Source of the DNA: an uncultured Alphaproteobacteria bacterium
Lineage (GTDB): Bacteria > Pseudomonadota > Alphaproteobacteria > HIMB59 > GCA-002718135
Assembly: GCA_902577425.1 (NCBI GenBank)
Contig: CACGZD010000001.1
Location: 510,414-574,413, forward strand
Length of the DNA stretch: 64,000 bases
Direction of reading: 5' to 3'
Position numbers and translations under genes: made by a program. The notes beneath the pieces were generated by a model, which made no database searches, was not told the DNA's origin, and saw only the letters and a list, made by a program, of their open reading frames with translations. Below, piece after piece: positions 42,277 through 51,645 of this stretch. Within the stretch, counting starts at the first letter, position 1. Each line of letters begins with the position of its first letter.

Positions 42277-42873
42277 ATGCTTTCGACCAACAGGGTTAAA
42301 AAAACAAAACCCCCAATTATAATATTGTTATTTCTTCCAAGTTTATATTGGATTTATTTATTATTGATAGGAAATTTAGGAGTAAACCCTATTGAAAAAC
42401 TAATGGATAATTTAGGCGAGATGGCTTTAAGATTAATTATTCTAACACTTATTATTTCTTCTCTTTCCGATTTAAAATTTTTTCGATCCTTAGTTACGCT
42501 GCGTCGAACAATTGGTTTATTTGCTTTTTATTATGTATGTTTACATTTTTCGACTTATATTTTTTTAGATCATTTTTTTAATTTTCAATTCATCATCAAG
42601 GATATTATTAAAAGACCATTTATTACTTTTGGATTTATTAGTTTTTTGTGTTTAATACCTATGGCCATCACTTCATTTGATGGCATGATAAAAAAATTAG
42701 GTTTTAATTTATGGAAAAAAATTCATTACCTAATCTACCCAGCTGCTATTCTTTCAAGTTTTCATTTTTTTATGTTGGTTAGGGCTAATAAAACAGAGCC
42801 TTTAATTTATATAGGTATAATTATTTTATTATTAAGTTATCGTTTCTATAAAAAAATATTTATTCGTCGATAG
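42277..42873 (+). CDS. msrQ: Methionine sulfoxide reductase heme-binding subunit
   Basis: RRTIGL, YVCLHF, KRPFIT, WKKIHYL, HF. Confidence 0.93.
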   Translation: MLSTNRVKKTKPPIIILLFLPSLYWIYLLLIGNLGVNPIEKLMDNLGEMALRLIILTLIISSLSDLKFFRSLVTLRRTIGLFAFYYVCLHFSTYIFLDHFFNFQFIIKDIIKRPFITFGFISFLCLIPMAITSFDGMIKKLGFNLWKKIHYLIYPAAILSSFHFFMLVRANKTEPLIYIGIIILLLSYRFYKKIFIRR

Positions 42874-44095
42874 GATCAGTAACAGGATTTAATTCCATAC
42901 CAGCAGCAGTAATATTTCGAGGCAATGGTGTATATTGTGATTCCAAATCTACTGGCTTTGCTCTTTTTGCCATTCTGTATAATCCAAAGAGACCAAGCAT
43001 TGCATGCCCTATTAATAAATAAATAAAAAACCCATTAGCTCCAATCAAACTCATAAAACTAGAAACCAATATTGGTCCCATTACCGCTCCTATTCCAACA
43101 AGAATAGCAAAAGAAGAACTTGCCGCAACTATTTCATCAGGTTTTAAAAAATCATTAACATGTGCTACCGCCAGGGAATACATTGGTAAACAAACAGCTG
43201 AATAAAAAGCGACAAAAATAAAAAACATAATTAATGAAAGATAAGAGGAGCCTACAATAAGTAAGCATAATCCAGAGGCTATAAAAGTAGTCCCTATTAA
43301 TATGATTCTTCGGTCAATTCTGTCAGACAAATATCCAATAGGCCACTGGGAAAGTGCCCCAAAAGAACTAATTATGACCATAAACATTGAAATTTCAAAT
43401 AGCCCCAGTTCTTTAGAAGCGGCATACACAGCTCCATATCCAAAAACGGCACTATGAATTAGTCCTGTAAACAAAGCGCCAATAAATCCAAGTGGTGATA
43501 TGATATAAAACTCTTTTAAGGATAAAGATTTTGGGTTTGAAAAATTTGGTTGCTCTGTAGTTGATAATAATATTGGTAAAAGCGCAAAAGATAATAATAC
43601 TGAAACTAATATAAATAAATCTACTTTAGCAGGATCACTAATGTTTAAGAGAAATTGACCGCATCCAAGAAATGCAAAAGTTATAATCATATAAACTGAT
43701 AAAAGTTGGCCACGTGTTTCATTTGTTGATTTGTCATTTAACCAACTTTCCATAATAACAAAAATGCCTGACAAACTTATTCCAGTTAATATTCTAATAC
43801 AAAACCAAGAATAAGGATCTAATAAAACTGAGTGAAGAAGAATTGCAATTGATGCCAAAGAAGCCAAAGCAGCAAATACACGTATATGACCTACTCGCCT
43901 TAATAGTATCGGAATTAATAATGATCCTGATAAATAACCAACATAGTATCCTGCCACTATGACACCTGTAGAAAAAAAACCAAAACCTTCTATTACAGAT
44001 CTGACTCCTATTAATGTTCCTTGCAGTCCATGTGCTAGACAAATTATTGCAAAGCCAAAAAAAAGGGCCCACGTTTTAGATAGTATAGTAGTCAT
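42860..44095 (-). CDS. MFS transporter (YcaD-like)
   Basis: Twelve TM, RRVGHIR, ESWLN, GYLSDRIDRR. Confidence 0.88.
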   Translation of the reverse strand: MTTILSKTWALFFGFAIICLAHGLQGTLIGVRSVIEGFGFFSTGVIVAGYYVGYLSGSLLIPILLRRVGHIRVFAALASLASIAILLHSVLLDPYSWFCIRILTGISLSGIFVIMESWLNDKSTNETRGQLLSVYMIITFAFLGCGQFLLNISDPAKVDLFILVSVLLSFALLPILLSTTEQPNFSNPKSLSLKEFYIISPLGFIGALFTGLIHSAVFGYGAVYAASKELGLFEISMFMVIISSFGALSQWPIGYLSDRIDRRIILIGTTFIASGLCLLIVGSSYLSLIMFFIFVAFYSAVCLPMYSLAVAHVNDFLKPDEIVAASSSFAILVGIGAVMGPILVSSFMSLIGANGFFIYLLIGHAMLGLFGLYRMAKRAKPVDLESQYTPLPRNITAAGMELNPVTDPIDE

Positions 44096-44137
44096 ATAAA
44101 TGAATGTAATTAGTTAATAGTTGGTGTTTTATTTAAT

Positions 44138-44494
44138 CTAGTATTCTTCTTCGCCTTCTTCTGTTGGTTTAATACCAACGTCGACAGCTGGATCGACATC
44201 TGTTTCATCTTCAAGAAGTACTGTATCATCTTCTACTTGATCTTCAGTATTATCTAAATCCAAATTCTCTATGTCTAGATCGTCTTCTTTTTCTTTTGGT
44301 TTAGGAGGTATTGGGTTTGTTAAAGGTGCAGCATTTGTTGTGCCAGGTTTACGACCTCTTCGTGGACGAGACATTGTTGTAACTTCAATTTCTTTTCCAC
44401 ACTCAGGACATTCCAATTCAGTCCTTCCTAAATCGTAGTATTGTTTGCTACACATAGGACAAATTCTTTTTAAACCCCAGGATTCTTTGTACAT
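44138..44494 (-). CDS. TIGR02300/FYDLN_acid family zinc-ribbon protein
   Basis: WGLKRICPMC..YYDL..CPECG followed by a very acidic tail; start at ATG 44494. Confidence 0.82.
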   Translation of the reverse strand: MYKESWGLKRICPMCSKQYYDLGRTELECPECGKEIEVTTMSRPRRGRKPGTTNAAPLTNPIPPKPKEKEDDLDIENLDLDNTEDQVEDDTVLLEDETDVDPAVDVGIKPTEEGEEEY

Positions 44495-44495
44495 A

Positions 44496-44657
44496 TTATT
44501 CTTGATCTCTCTCGTATATTTTTCCGCAGTAACTACAAACAATTTTATTTGTTGAACCAAATGTATAGTAAACTGCGGGATGTCCTAAACCATCTTGTCC
44601 CCCATCGCAACAAATAGTTTCAATATCTGCAGGAACTTTTGTCACTTCTTCATCCAT
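44496..44657 (-). CDS. zf-CHCC zinc-finger protein (NDUFS6-like), missing from the ORF track
   Basis: Hand translation MDEEVTKVPADIETICCDGGQDGLGHPAVYYTFGSTNKIVCSYCGKIYERDQE (53 aa): CDGG..GHP..CxYC. Confidence 0.88.
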   Translation of the reverse strand: MDEEVTKVPADIETICCDGGQDGLGHPAVYYTFGSTNKIVCSYCGKIYERDQE

Positions 44658-44728
44658 ATGAAAATGCTATAGAAAAAAAAATTAATAATGTCTACGATAA
44701 TTGTATAGAATTGATAAATCTAAAACTT

Positions 44729-45568
44729 CTATAACTGGAAATAAACAATACCAATTCCCATGACTATTAATATGGAAGGAATAATTCTCTTTTTTGCCTC
44801 TTTTTCAGCTAAAAATAATAATCCAATAATTGCTGCAATAACTATACTTATTTCTCTAATACTAGACACATAGGCAATTTCAATAAACTGCATTCCCCAC
44901 ACAACCAACGCATAACTACTCGTTGCAAAAAATCCAGCCGCAATTCCAGATTTAATGGTATATGAACTCCTATCTCTAAGACCCTTTTTTGAAAAAATTG
45001 AAATGATTAAAAGAGGTACTCCGTTTAAGGCAAATAACCAGAATATATAAGTAAAACCATTTTCAGCTTTTCTTACTCCAATACCATCCACTAAAGTATA
45101 TAGTGTGATTAATACAGCTGTAGATAATGCTAAAAAAAAAGCGGCTCTATTAAATTCTATTTTTGAAGAAAATGAAATCAAAAATAAACCTAGGCAAACT
45201 ATTATTATGCCTCCAAAACCGTATGTATTTATAGAGGTTGATAAAAATACAATACTAAAGAGAGCGATTAAAAGTGAAGAGCCTCCTCTAGCTATAGGAT
45301 AAACAAATGATAAATCTCCATATTTATAAGAATAAATAACATTCAATCTATAGAGTACGTGAATGATTACTGTTGCTAATAAAAAAAACCAAATTTCTAA
45401 AGTAGGAAAAGGAACATAAAAAGTGAGAGGAATAAAAATTATAATTTCCATCAAAGAAGTTATGCCCATTAAAGATAAAGGATTAGAACTTGATTTTATA
45501 ATAGCACTCCATGTTGCATGAAATAGAGCTGATAAAAGAATTAATAAGAAAATAAAATTTATTGTCAA
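44729..45568 (-). CDS. DMT transporter, phosphonate-utilisation-associated type (TIGR03340-like)
   Basis: SALFHATW, GDLSFVYPIARG, YTLVDG, SIREISIV; divergent from phnA. Confidence 0.75.
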   Translation of the reverse strand: MTINFIFLLILLSALFHATWSAIIKSSSNPLSLMGITSLMEIIIFIPLTFYVPFPTLEIWFFLLATVIIHVLYRLNVIYSYKYGDLSFVYPIARGGSSLLIALFSIVFLSTSINTYGFGGIIIVCLGLFLISFSSKIEFNRAAFFLALSTAVLITLYTLVDGIGVRKAENGFTYIFWLFALNGVPLLIISIFSKKGLRDRSSYTIKSGIAAGFFATSSYALVVWGMQFIEIAYVSSIREISIVIAAIIGLLFLAEKEAKKRIIPSILIVMGIGIVYFQL

Positions 45569-45604
45569 AGTTATGCTTTCATTAATTAAGTATTATTTAT
45601 AATC

Positions 45605-45630
45605 TATTGATTTTTATTGTCGTATCAATA
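45605..45630. promoter_or_regulatory. Inverted repeat between DMT and phnA (possible operator)
   Basis: TATTGAT-N12-ATCAATA. Confidence 0.35.
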
Positions 45631-45644
45631 TATAAAGCAAAAAA

Positions 45645-46889
45645 ATGACCAATACTCTTTCTATTAATAATAGAGAATATCCTAGTATTCTAAATCAAAC
45701 ATCCATTGTTATATGTCTTGATGGTAGTCAAAAAGAATACATAGATGAAGCATCAAAGTTAAATCTTACACCAAACCTTGATGATATTATACAAAAGGGA
45801 GAGTATCTTATGGCCCATAGTGCCATTCCAAGTTTTACAAATCCAAATAATATTTCAATTGTTACAGGTCAGCCAAGTTCTGTACACGGTATTTGTGGAA
45901 ATTTTTTTTATACACCTGAAACTGGCAAAGAAGTGATGATGAATGATCCTCAGTATCTAAGGGCTCCAACAATATTTGAAAAATTTTATCAAGCAGGTGC
46001 AAAAATTGCACTTGTAACAGCTAAAGACAAATTACGCACACTTCTTGGTAATGGTTTAAAATTTAATGAAGGTAGAACAATATGTTTCTCTGCTGAAAAA
46101 TCAGATCAAGCAACAAAAATAGAAAACGGAATTGAAAATGTTAATGACTGGTTGGGCATGCCAGTTCCAGAAGTTTACTCTCAGGATTTATCAGAGTTTG
46201 TAATGGCAGCTGGCGTTAAACTCATGGAAGAATTTAAACCAGATATTATGTATCTATCAACAACTGATTATATTCAGCACAAGTATGCCCCAGGACACGA
46301 AGTTGCTAACAAATTTTATTCCATGTTTGATAAATATATTGGTCAACTAGATGAATTAGGTGCAACAATTATTATTACATCCGATCATGGCATGAAGCCA
46401 AAATCAAAAGAAGATGGCTCTCCCAATGCAATTTTTTTACAAGACCATCTTGATGATAAATTTAATAAAAATAAAACAAAAGTCATTCTTCCTATTACAG
46501 ATCCCTATGTTGTACACCATGGCGCTTTAGGTTCTTTCGCTACAATTTATTTAGAAGATAAAAATGATTTAGAAGATGTAATGATGGAGATAAAAAAGAT
46601 CAAAGATATTGAAGTAGTTTTAAATAAGGAAGAAGGCTGTTCCCAATACAATCTGCCTAAAGATAGAATGGGAGATATTATTTGTATGTCCTCTGAATTT
46701 ATGACTATTGGTTCTTCTAAAGATAAGCACAATCTAAGTGGTTTAAATGAACCACTTCGCTCACATGGTGGGTTGCATGAGAGGGAAGTACCCTTTATTG
46801 TAAATAAAAAAATGCCTCAAATTGATTCTAATAAACAATTATATAACTATGATGCATTTTATTATGCAATCTCTGGAACAAATTCATGA
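45645..46889 (+). CDS. phnA: Phosphonoacetate hydrolase
   Basis: [42 protein letters not shown]. Confidence 0.95.
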   Translation: MTNTLSINNREYPSILNQTSIVICLDGSQKEYIDEASKLNLTPNLDDIIQKGEYLMAHSAIPSFTNPNNISIVTGQPSSVHGICGNFFYTPETGKEVMMNDPQYLRAPTIFEKFYQAGAKIALVTAKDKLRTLLGNGLKFNEGRTICFSAEKSDQATKIENGIENVNDWLGMPVPEVYSQDLSEFVMAAGVKLMEEFKPDIMYLSTTDYIQHKYAPGHEVANKFYSMFDKYIGQLDELGATIIITSDHGMKPKSKEDGSPNAIFLQDHLDDKFNKNKTKVILPITDPYVVHHGALGSFATIYLEDKNDLEDVMMEIKKIKDIEVVLNKEEGCSQYNLPKDRMGDIICMSSEFMTIGSSKDKHNLSGLNEPLRSHGGLHEREVPFIVNKKMPQIDSNKQLYNYDAFYYAISGTNS

Positions 46890-48325
46890 ACAATAAAATC
46901 ATAAATGAATCAATGCGTATAGCTGGTAAAAAGGTTAATGCAGAAAAAGTTATAGAAGTTGAATATCCTTTCACTGGAGATGTTATAGGAACTGTTCCTG
47001 CAGGAAATGCAGAACATGCTAAACAAGCTTTAGATATTGCTGCAAACTTTACACCAAAATTAACAAGATATGAGAGGCAAAAAATTTTACAAAATACTGC
47101 GGAATTATTAGTTAAAAGAAAAGATGAAATTTCAGATATGATCACAATGGAACTTGGTTTATCAAAGCAAGATTCGTTATATGAAGTAGGAAGAGCATTT
47201 GATGTTTTTTCTCTTACCGCTCAATTATGTATTTATGATGATGGTGAGATATTTTCGTGTGATTTAACGCCACATGGAAAGGCTAGAAAAATTTTTACTA
47301 TACGAGAACCTCTAACAGCTATTTCAGCTATTACACCTTTTAATCACCCTTTAAATATGGTGGCACATAAAATTGCTCCTTCTATAGCAACTAATAACTG
47401 CACTGTTTGCAAACAAACTGAGTTAACGCCAATGACAGCTATGTTGTTAGCGGATATATTATATGAGGCAGGCTTACCACCTGAGATGTTCTCAGTAGTT
47501 ACTGGCTGGCCTGATGATATTGGATTAGAAATGATTCAAAATCCTAATATTGATTTAATAACATTTACTGGAAGTGTAGGTGTTGGAAAATATATTGCAG
47601 AACAAGCTGGATACAAAAGAACTGTTTTAGAATTAGGAGGTAATGACCCTCTAATTGTTTTAAATGATTTAGATGAAGACGATCTAAAGAAAGCAGTTGA
47701 ACTTGCTGTTACTGGTGCTACAAAAAATTCTGGCCAACGTTGCACAGCTGTTAAAAGAATATTATGTCAAAACAAAATAGCTGATCGATTTGTTGAAATG
47801 GCCTTAGAGAGAGCAAAGAAAATTAAATTTGGTGACCCAATGGATTTAAAAACGGATTTAGGTACGGTTGTAAATGCCGAAGCAGCACAATTATTTGATA
47901 AACGTGTCTCTATGGCAGCTGAAGATGGTGCTAAAATATTATATCATCCTGGACTTGAAGGCGCTTTGTTGCCTCCTATTGTAATTGATCATGTTAATCC
48001 AAAAAGTGAACTAGTAATGGAAGAAACATTTGGTCCTGTCATTCCTATCATTAGAGTTCCTGATGAAGATGATGAAGTTATAACAATTTCTAATTCCACT
48101 GCTTTTGGATTATCTTCTGGAGTTTGTACGAATAATTTTATGAGGGCAAAAAAATATATTCAAAATTTAAATGTTGGTACAGTTAACATATGGGAAGTTC
48201 CTGGGTACAGAATAGAGATGTCTCCTTTTGGGGGAATTAAAGACTCAGGCCTGGGTTATAAAGAGGGAGTTATCGAAGCGATGAAAAGTTTTACTAATGT
48301 AAAAACATTTTCACTTCCTTGGTAG
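46886..48325 (+). CDS. phnY: Phosphonoacetaldehyde dehydrogenase (NAD+)
   Basis: ALDH: [33 protein letters not shown]; overlaps phnA. Confidence 0.92.
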   Translation: MNNKIINESMRIAGKKVNAEKVIEVEYPFTGDVIGTVPAGNAEHAKQALDIAANFTPKLTRYERQKILQNTAELLVKRKDEISDMITMELGLSKQDSLYEVGRAFDVFSLTAQLCIYDDGEIFSCDLTPHGKARKIFTIREPLTAISAITPFNHPLNMVAHKIAPSIATNNCTVCKQTELTPMTAMLLADILYEAGLPPEMFSVVTGWPDDIGLEMIQNPNIDLITFTGSVGVGKYIAEQAGYKRTVLELGGNDPLIVLNDLDEDDLKKAVELAVTGATKNSGQRCTAVKRILCQNKIADRFVEMALERAKKIKFGDPMDLKTDLGTVVNAEAAQLFDKRVSMAAEDGAKILYHPGLEGALLPPIVIDHVNPKSELVMEETFGPVIPIIRVPDEDDEVITISNSTAFGLSSGVCTNNFMRAKKYIQNLNVGTVNIWEVPGYRIEMSPFGGIKDSGLGYKEGVIEAMKSFTNVKTFSLPW

Positions 48326-48401
48326 ATTTTTAATAAACTAAAATATTTTTGTTAATCAAGATGCTTTTGAAAAAGTAGTAATTACTTTAAATTTTTACAA
48401 A

Positions 48402-49214
48402 TTAAAATTTTTTAGTTGTCTCAAACCAATTGATATTATCTTTTAAAAAGTCTTCAGTATGGACTACCAGTGAGTTTTTATTAATTAATATTACATTATA
48501 ATTTGGATCAGTATTGGCCGTTCCCAATCTATAGTTTTTTGAAAAATTGGGCACTAATGGAGACCAAGTACTTCTCGGCGCACTAAAAGGTATATTTAAA
48601 TAATTTCCTGATACCGTAATATGTTGATGACCAAAAAAAATATGTTGAATAATTTTTTTAAATTTAATTAATATATCTTTAAATTCATCTCCTTGTTGTA
48701 AACCAATATAATCACTATTGGGTTCTCCTAGGGGTAAGGGATTATGATGCATAAAAAGATAAACTTGTTTATTATTATCTGAAGCATTTTCCAGAGTATT
48801 TATAATCCAACTTTGTCTGTTGTTGCAAAAATGTCCTTGATGGGTATTTGATAAATTTGTATCTAAAAAAATAAAACGTTTATCTTCAATGTCTTCAAAA
48901 TATTGAACAAAACCATTGTCATCTAAAGGTATTTTTGTAAATATTTGTTTGAATTGTTCTCTATCATCATGATTGCCCATAAGTAATTTTGGAAACAAAT
49001 GTTTTGGTATTTTGGAATTTAATAATATTTCATTTAATTTATTATAAGATTCACTATCCCCGTCATGCGTTAAATCTCCTGATATAACAAATAGCTTTGA
49101 GTCTAAATGATTGTTGCAAATATGTTGAAGTGCTAGTGAAAATCTCTCTTTAGCATCATGTTCAAAAAGTTTATCTGGAGAAATATGAGGATCTGATAAA
49201 TGGATTATTTTCAT
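48402..49214 (-). CDS. Calcineurin-like metallophosphoesterase (CpdA/GpdQ-like)
   Basis: SDPH, SGDLTHDG, GNHD, MHHNP, FGHQH. Confidence 0.88.
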   Translation of the reverse strand: MKIIHLSDPHISPDKLFEHDAKERFSLALQHICNNHLDSKLFVISGDLTHDGDSESYNKLNEILLNSKIPKHLFPKLLMGNHDDREQFKQIFTKIPLDDNGFVQYFEDIEDKRFIFLDTNLSNTHQGHFCNNRQSWIINTLENASDNNKQVYLFMHHNPLPLGEPNSDYIGLQQGDEFKDILIKFKKIIQHIFFGHQHITVSGNYLNIPFSAPRSTWSPLVPNFSKNYRLGTANTDPNYNVILINKNSLVVHTEDFLKDNINWFETTKKF

Positions 49215-49241
49215 ATTTAAAAAAATATTTTAAATGAATAA

Positions 49242-49871
49242 TTAAAGTTTTGTTTTAAAAAAAAGATACTTATTAAATTCTTTATTTAAATCGATGCTAA
49301 CACGGGCATGTACTTTCCCTTGTTTGCCCATAAAAGAACTTTTCTTTTGAACAGGGAAAACACCCTCATGCCAAATATTGGGATGAATATATAAACCTTT
49401 TGATCCATCAAAATAAAATGCCTTAAAATCTTCTGCTTGAATATCATCGCCAGGTAACGCAAGAGGTGAAATAAATGGACCTCTTTCAGAGGGAAAAAAT
49501 AACTGTCCTCCATCTGGGTGGTAATTAACATGCCATATATAAATCTCTTCTGGCTCACTATATTCTGTATTATTTTCAATATTTTCTGGAGGGGCAGAAT
49601 ATCCTAAAATATATTTTCCATCTATTTCATACTCACTATTATGTTGCACAGCATTATTTTGCCCATAAAGAGTTGATCCTTCCCACCAAGTATCAAACGA
49701 ACCTTCGGTATAGCCCGCTTCATTACCTGTTCCTTCATCAATTTCTCGCCAACCCTGCTTTGGCCAAGTTACAATTTCAACATCACTGTTTTCAAATGAG
49801 TCTATTAAATAACCATATCCTTTAAGAGTTTCATTTGTAGCTTTGACTAAGGGGATTTCAATGGCCTGCAT
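49242..49871 (-). CDS. Ureidoglycolate-lyase (AllA)-like cupin
   Basis: LKGYG start motif, NYHPDGGQLFFP (cf. ERHPLGSQAF), GLYIHPNIWH. Confidence 0.7.
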   Translation of the reverse strand: MQAIEIPLVKATNETLKGYGYLIDSFENSDVEIVTWPKQGWREIDEGTGNEAGYTEGSFDTWWEGSTLYGQNNAVQHNSEYEIDGKYILGYSAPPENIENNTEYSEPEEIYIWHVNYHPDGGQLFFPSERGPFISPLALPGDDIQAEDFKAFYFDGSKGLYIHPNIWHEGVFPVQKKSSFMGKQGKVHARVSIDLNKEFNKYLFFKTKL

Positions 49872-49882
49872 AAATATTGCTT

Positions 49883-50983
49883 TTAATTAATTTTAATTTG
49901 TAATTCATTAACAACTTCTTTTATGGCCTTAATGGTATCATGCATATCATTGTCATCTAAATTTCCAATACATCCAATACGAAAAGTATCAGCAACAGTA
50001 AGCTTCCCTGGATAAATCAAAAAATCTTTATTACTCAAAGCATCATAAAATTCTTCAAAATTAAAATTTGAATTTTGAGGCTGCATAAACGTTATAATTA
50101 TTGGCGCTTGTAATTCATTTGACAGTAATTGTTTAAAACCTATTTCTTTCATACCATCACAAATTATTTTGCAATTATTTGAATACCTTTTATGTCTTCC
50201 TTCAACCCCCCCTTCTTTTGAATGTTCATTTATAGCTTGTTGAAAGGCAGCTAAAACATGTGTGGGAGGAGTAAAACGCCACTGTTTATTTTTTTTCATT
50301 GCTTGCCATTGATCATATAGATCTAAACTTAAAGAATGTGCATTTCCTTTTGCTTTTTCGATAATATTATTTTTAACTAAAATAAAGCCTACTCCAGGAA
50401 CTCCTTCTAAACATTTATTGGAAGAAGCAGCAACAGCATCAAATACAATTGTTTTACTACTAAGAGGAAGAGCGCCAAAAGCACTCATAGCATCAATAAA
50501 TAATGATAAATTTTTTTTTGCTACTAAGTCAGATATTTTTTGAATAGGATTTAATATTCCTGAGGTTGTTTCACAGTAAACAGCAAACACATGAGTTAAA
50601 TCAGTATTAGAATCTATAATGTTTTCAATTTCATCTAAATCATGTTGTTCATGTTCCGCCACTTCATAAGCAATACATTCTCTACCAACATAGTCACACA
50701 TTTTTTTCATACGGTGACCATATGCTCCATTAATTAATATTAATATTTTTGCATCTTTAGATGTGAGAGAGCCAACCATTGATTCTACTGCAAATGTTCC
50801 GCTACCTTGCATTGGAACACATTGGTAATTATTTTCACCATCAATAAGTTTTACAAGAGATTCACGAATAGAATGGTTCAGATCAATAAATTTTTGATCT
50901 CGCGAACCCCAATCATGAAGCATGGCTTCTTTGGTTGTCATGGAGGTAGTAAGTGGTCCAGGTGTAAGAAGTTTTTTATCCAT
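49883..50983 (-). CDS. phnW: 2-aminoethylphosphonate:pyruvate transaminase
   Basis: LLTPGPLTTS, DWGSRD, MQGSGTFAVE, CETTSG, SSNKCLEG, WRFTPP. Confidence 0.96.
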   Translation of the reverse strand: MDKKLLTPGPLTTSMTTKEAMLHDWGSRDQKFIDLNHSIRESLVKLIDGENNYQCVPMQGSGTFAVESMVGSLTSKDAKILILINGAYGHRMKKMCDYVGRECIAYEVAEHEQHDLDEIENIIDSNTDLTHVFAVYCETTSGILNPIQKISDLVAKKNLSLFIDAMSAFGALPLSSKTIVFDAVAASSNKCLEGVPGVGFILVKNNIIEKAKGNAHSLSLDLYDQWQAMKKNKQWRFTPPTHVLAAFQQAINEHSKEGGVEGRHKRYSNNCKIICDGMKEIGFKQLLSNELQAPIIITFMQPQNSNFNFEEFYDALSNKDFLIYPGKLTVADTFRIGCIGNLDDNDMHDTIKAIKEVVNELQIKIN

Positions 50984-50992
50984 ATTCTTAAT

Positions 50993-51023
50993 TGAGTTAA
51001 CTATTTAATTCTTAATTAGCTCA
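50993..51023. promoter_or_regulatory. Imperfect inverted repeat between phnW and phnZ (possible operator)
   Basis: TGAGTTAA-N15-TTAGCTCA, one mismatch. Confidence 0.3.
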
Positions 51024-51081
51024 CTAGCAATTAAATAAAAAATTGATTTGCAATTTTTTCTTAAAGTTGTATTTTTTCTGT

Positions 51082-51642
51082 GTGGAAAATATTGTTAATC
51101 ATCTATTAAATCTTTTGGCGACCAAAGGAGCTGATCTACAGTATGGAAATGAAGATGTAACACAATTAGAACATGCCTTACAATGTGCTGAATTAGCAGA
51201 AAATAATAATTTACCTAATCCTACTATAGCGGCCGCTTTGCTACATGATATAGGGCACTTATTATATGATGGTGATGACCCCATTCATGAAGGCAAAGAT
51301 GGTCATCACGAAAATATAGGAGCAAATTATTTAGCTGAATATTTTGGAGAGGAGGTTATTCGCCCAATACAAGCACATGTTGATTCTAAGAGATATTTAT
51401 CTGCTGTAGAAGAAGGATATTATGACCTTCTATCTGAAGCATCAAAACTATCTTTAGAAGCTCAAGGTGGTCCTTTTACAAAGGAAGAAGCCAAAATTTT
51501 TGTTGAAAAACCTTTCATGAAAGAAGCTATAGAATTAAGACGTTTTGATGATCAAGCCAAAATCTTAAATAAAAAAACGCCTTCTCTTGATTATTTTAAA
51601 CATTATGTTGAAGAGGCTCATAATTTATTTTTAAATAATTAA
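51082..51642 (+). CDS. phnZ: PhnZ-type HD-domain diiron oxygenase
   Basis: YGNE..QLEHALQCA, LLHDIGH, HENIG, HVDSKRYL, LSEASKLSLEAQGG, RRFDDQAK; likely GTG start at 51082. Confidence 0.88.
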   Translation: MENIVNHLLNLLATKGADLQYGNEDVTQLEHALQCAELAENNNLPNPTIAAALLHDIGHLLYDGDDPIHEGKDGHHENIGANYLAEYFGEEVIRPIQAHVDSKRYLSAVEEGYYDLLSEASKLSLEAQGGPFTKEEAKIFVEKPFMKEAIELRRFDDQAKILNKKTPSLDYFKHYVEEAHNLFLNN

Positions 51643-51645
51643 TTT

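Noticed and set aside
46886-48325. phnY as the PhnY* dioxygenase partner of PhnZ
   Set aside because: Sequence is clearly an ALDH, not a PhyH/2OG dioxygenase.
51067-51084. Possible Pho box TTGTATT-TTTT-CTGTGTG before phnZ
   Set aside because: Neither half has TGTAA/TGTCA and it overlaps the likely start codon.
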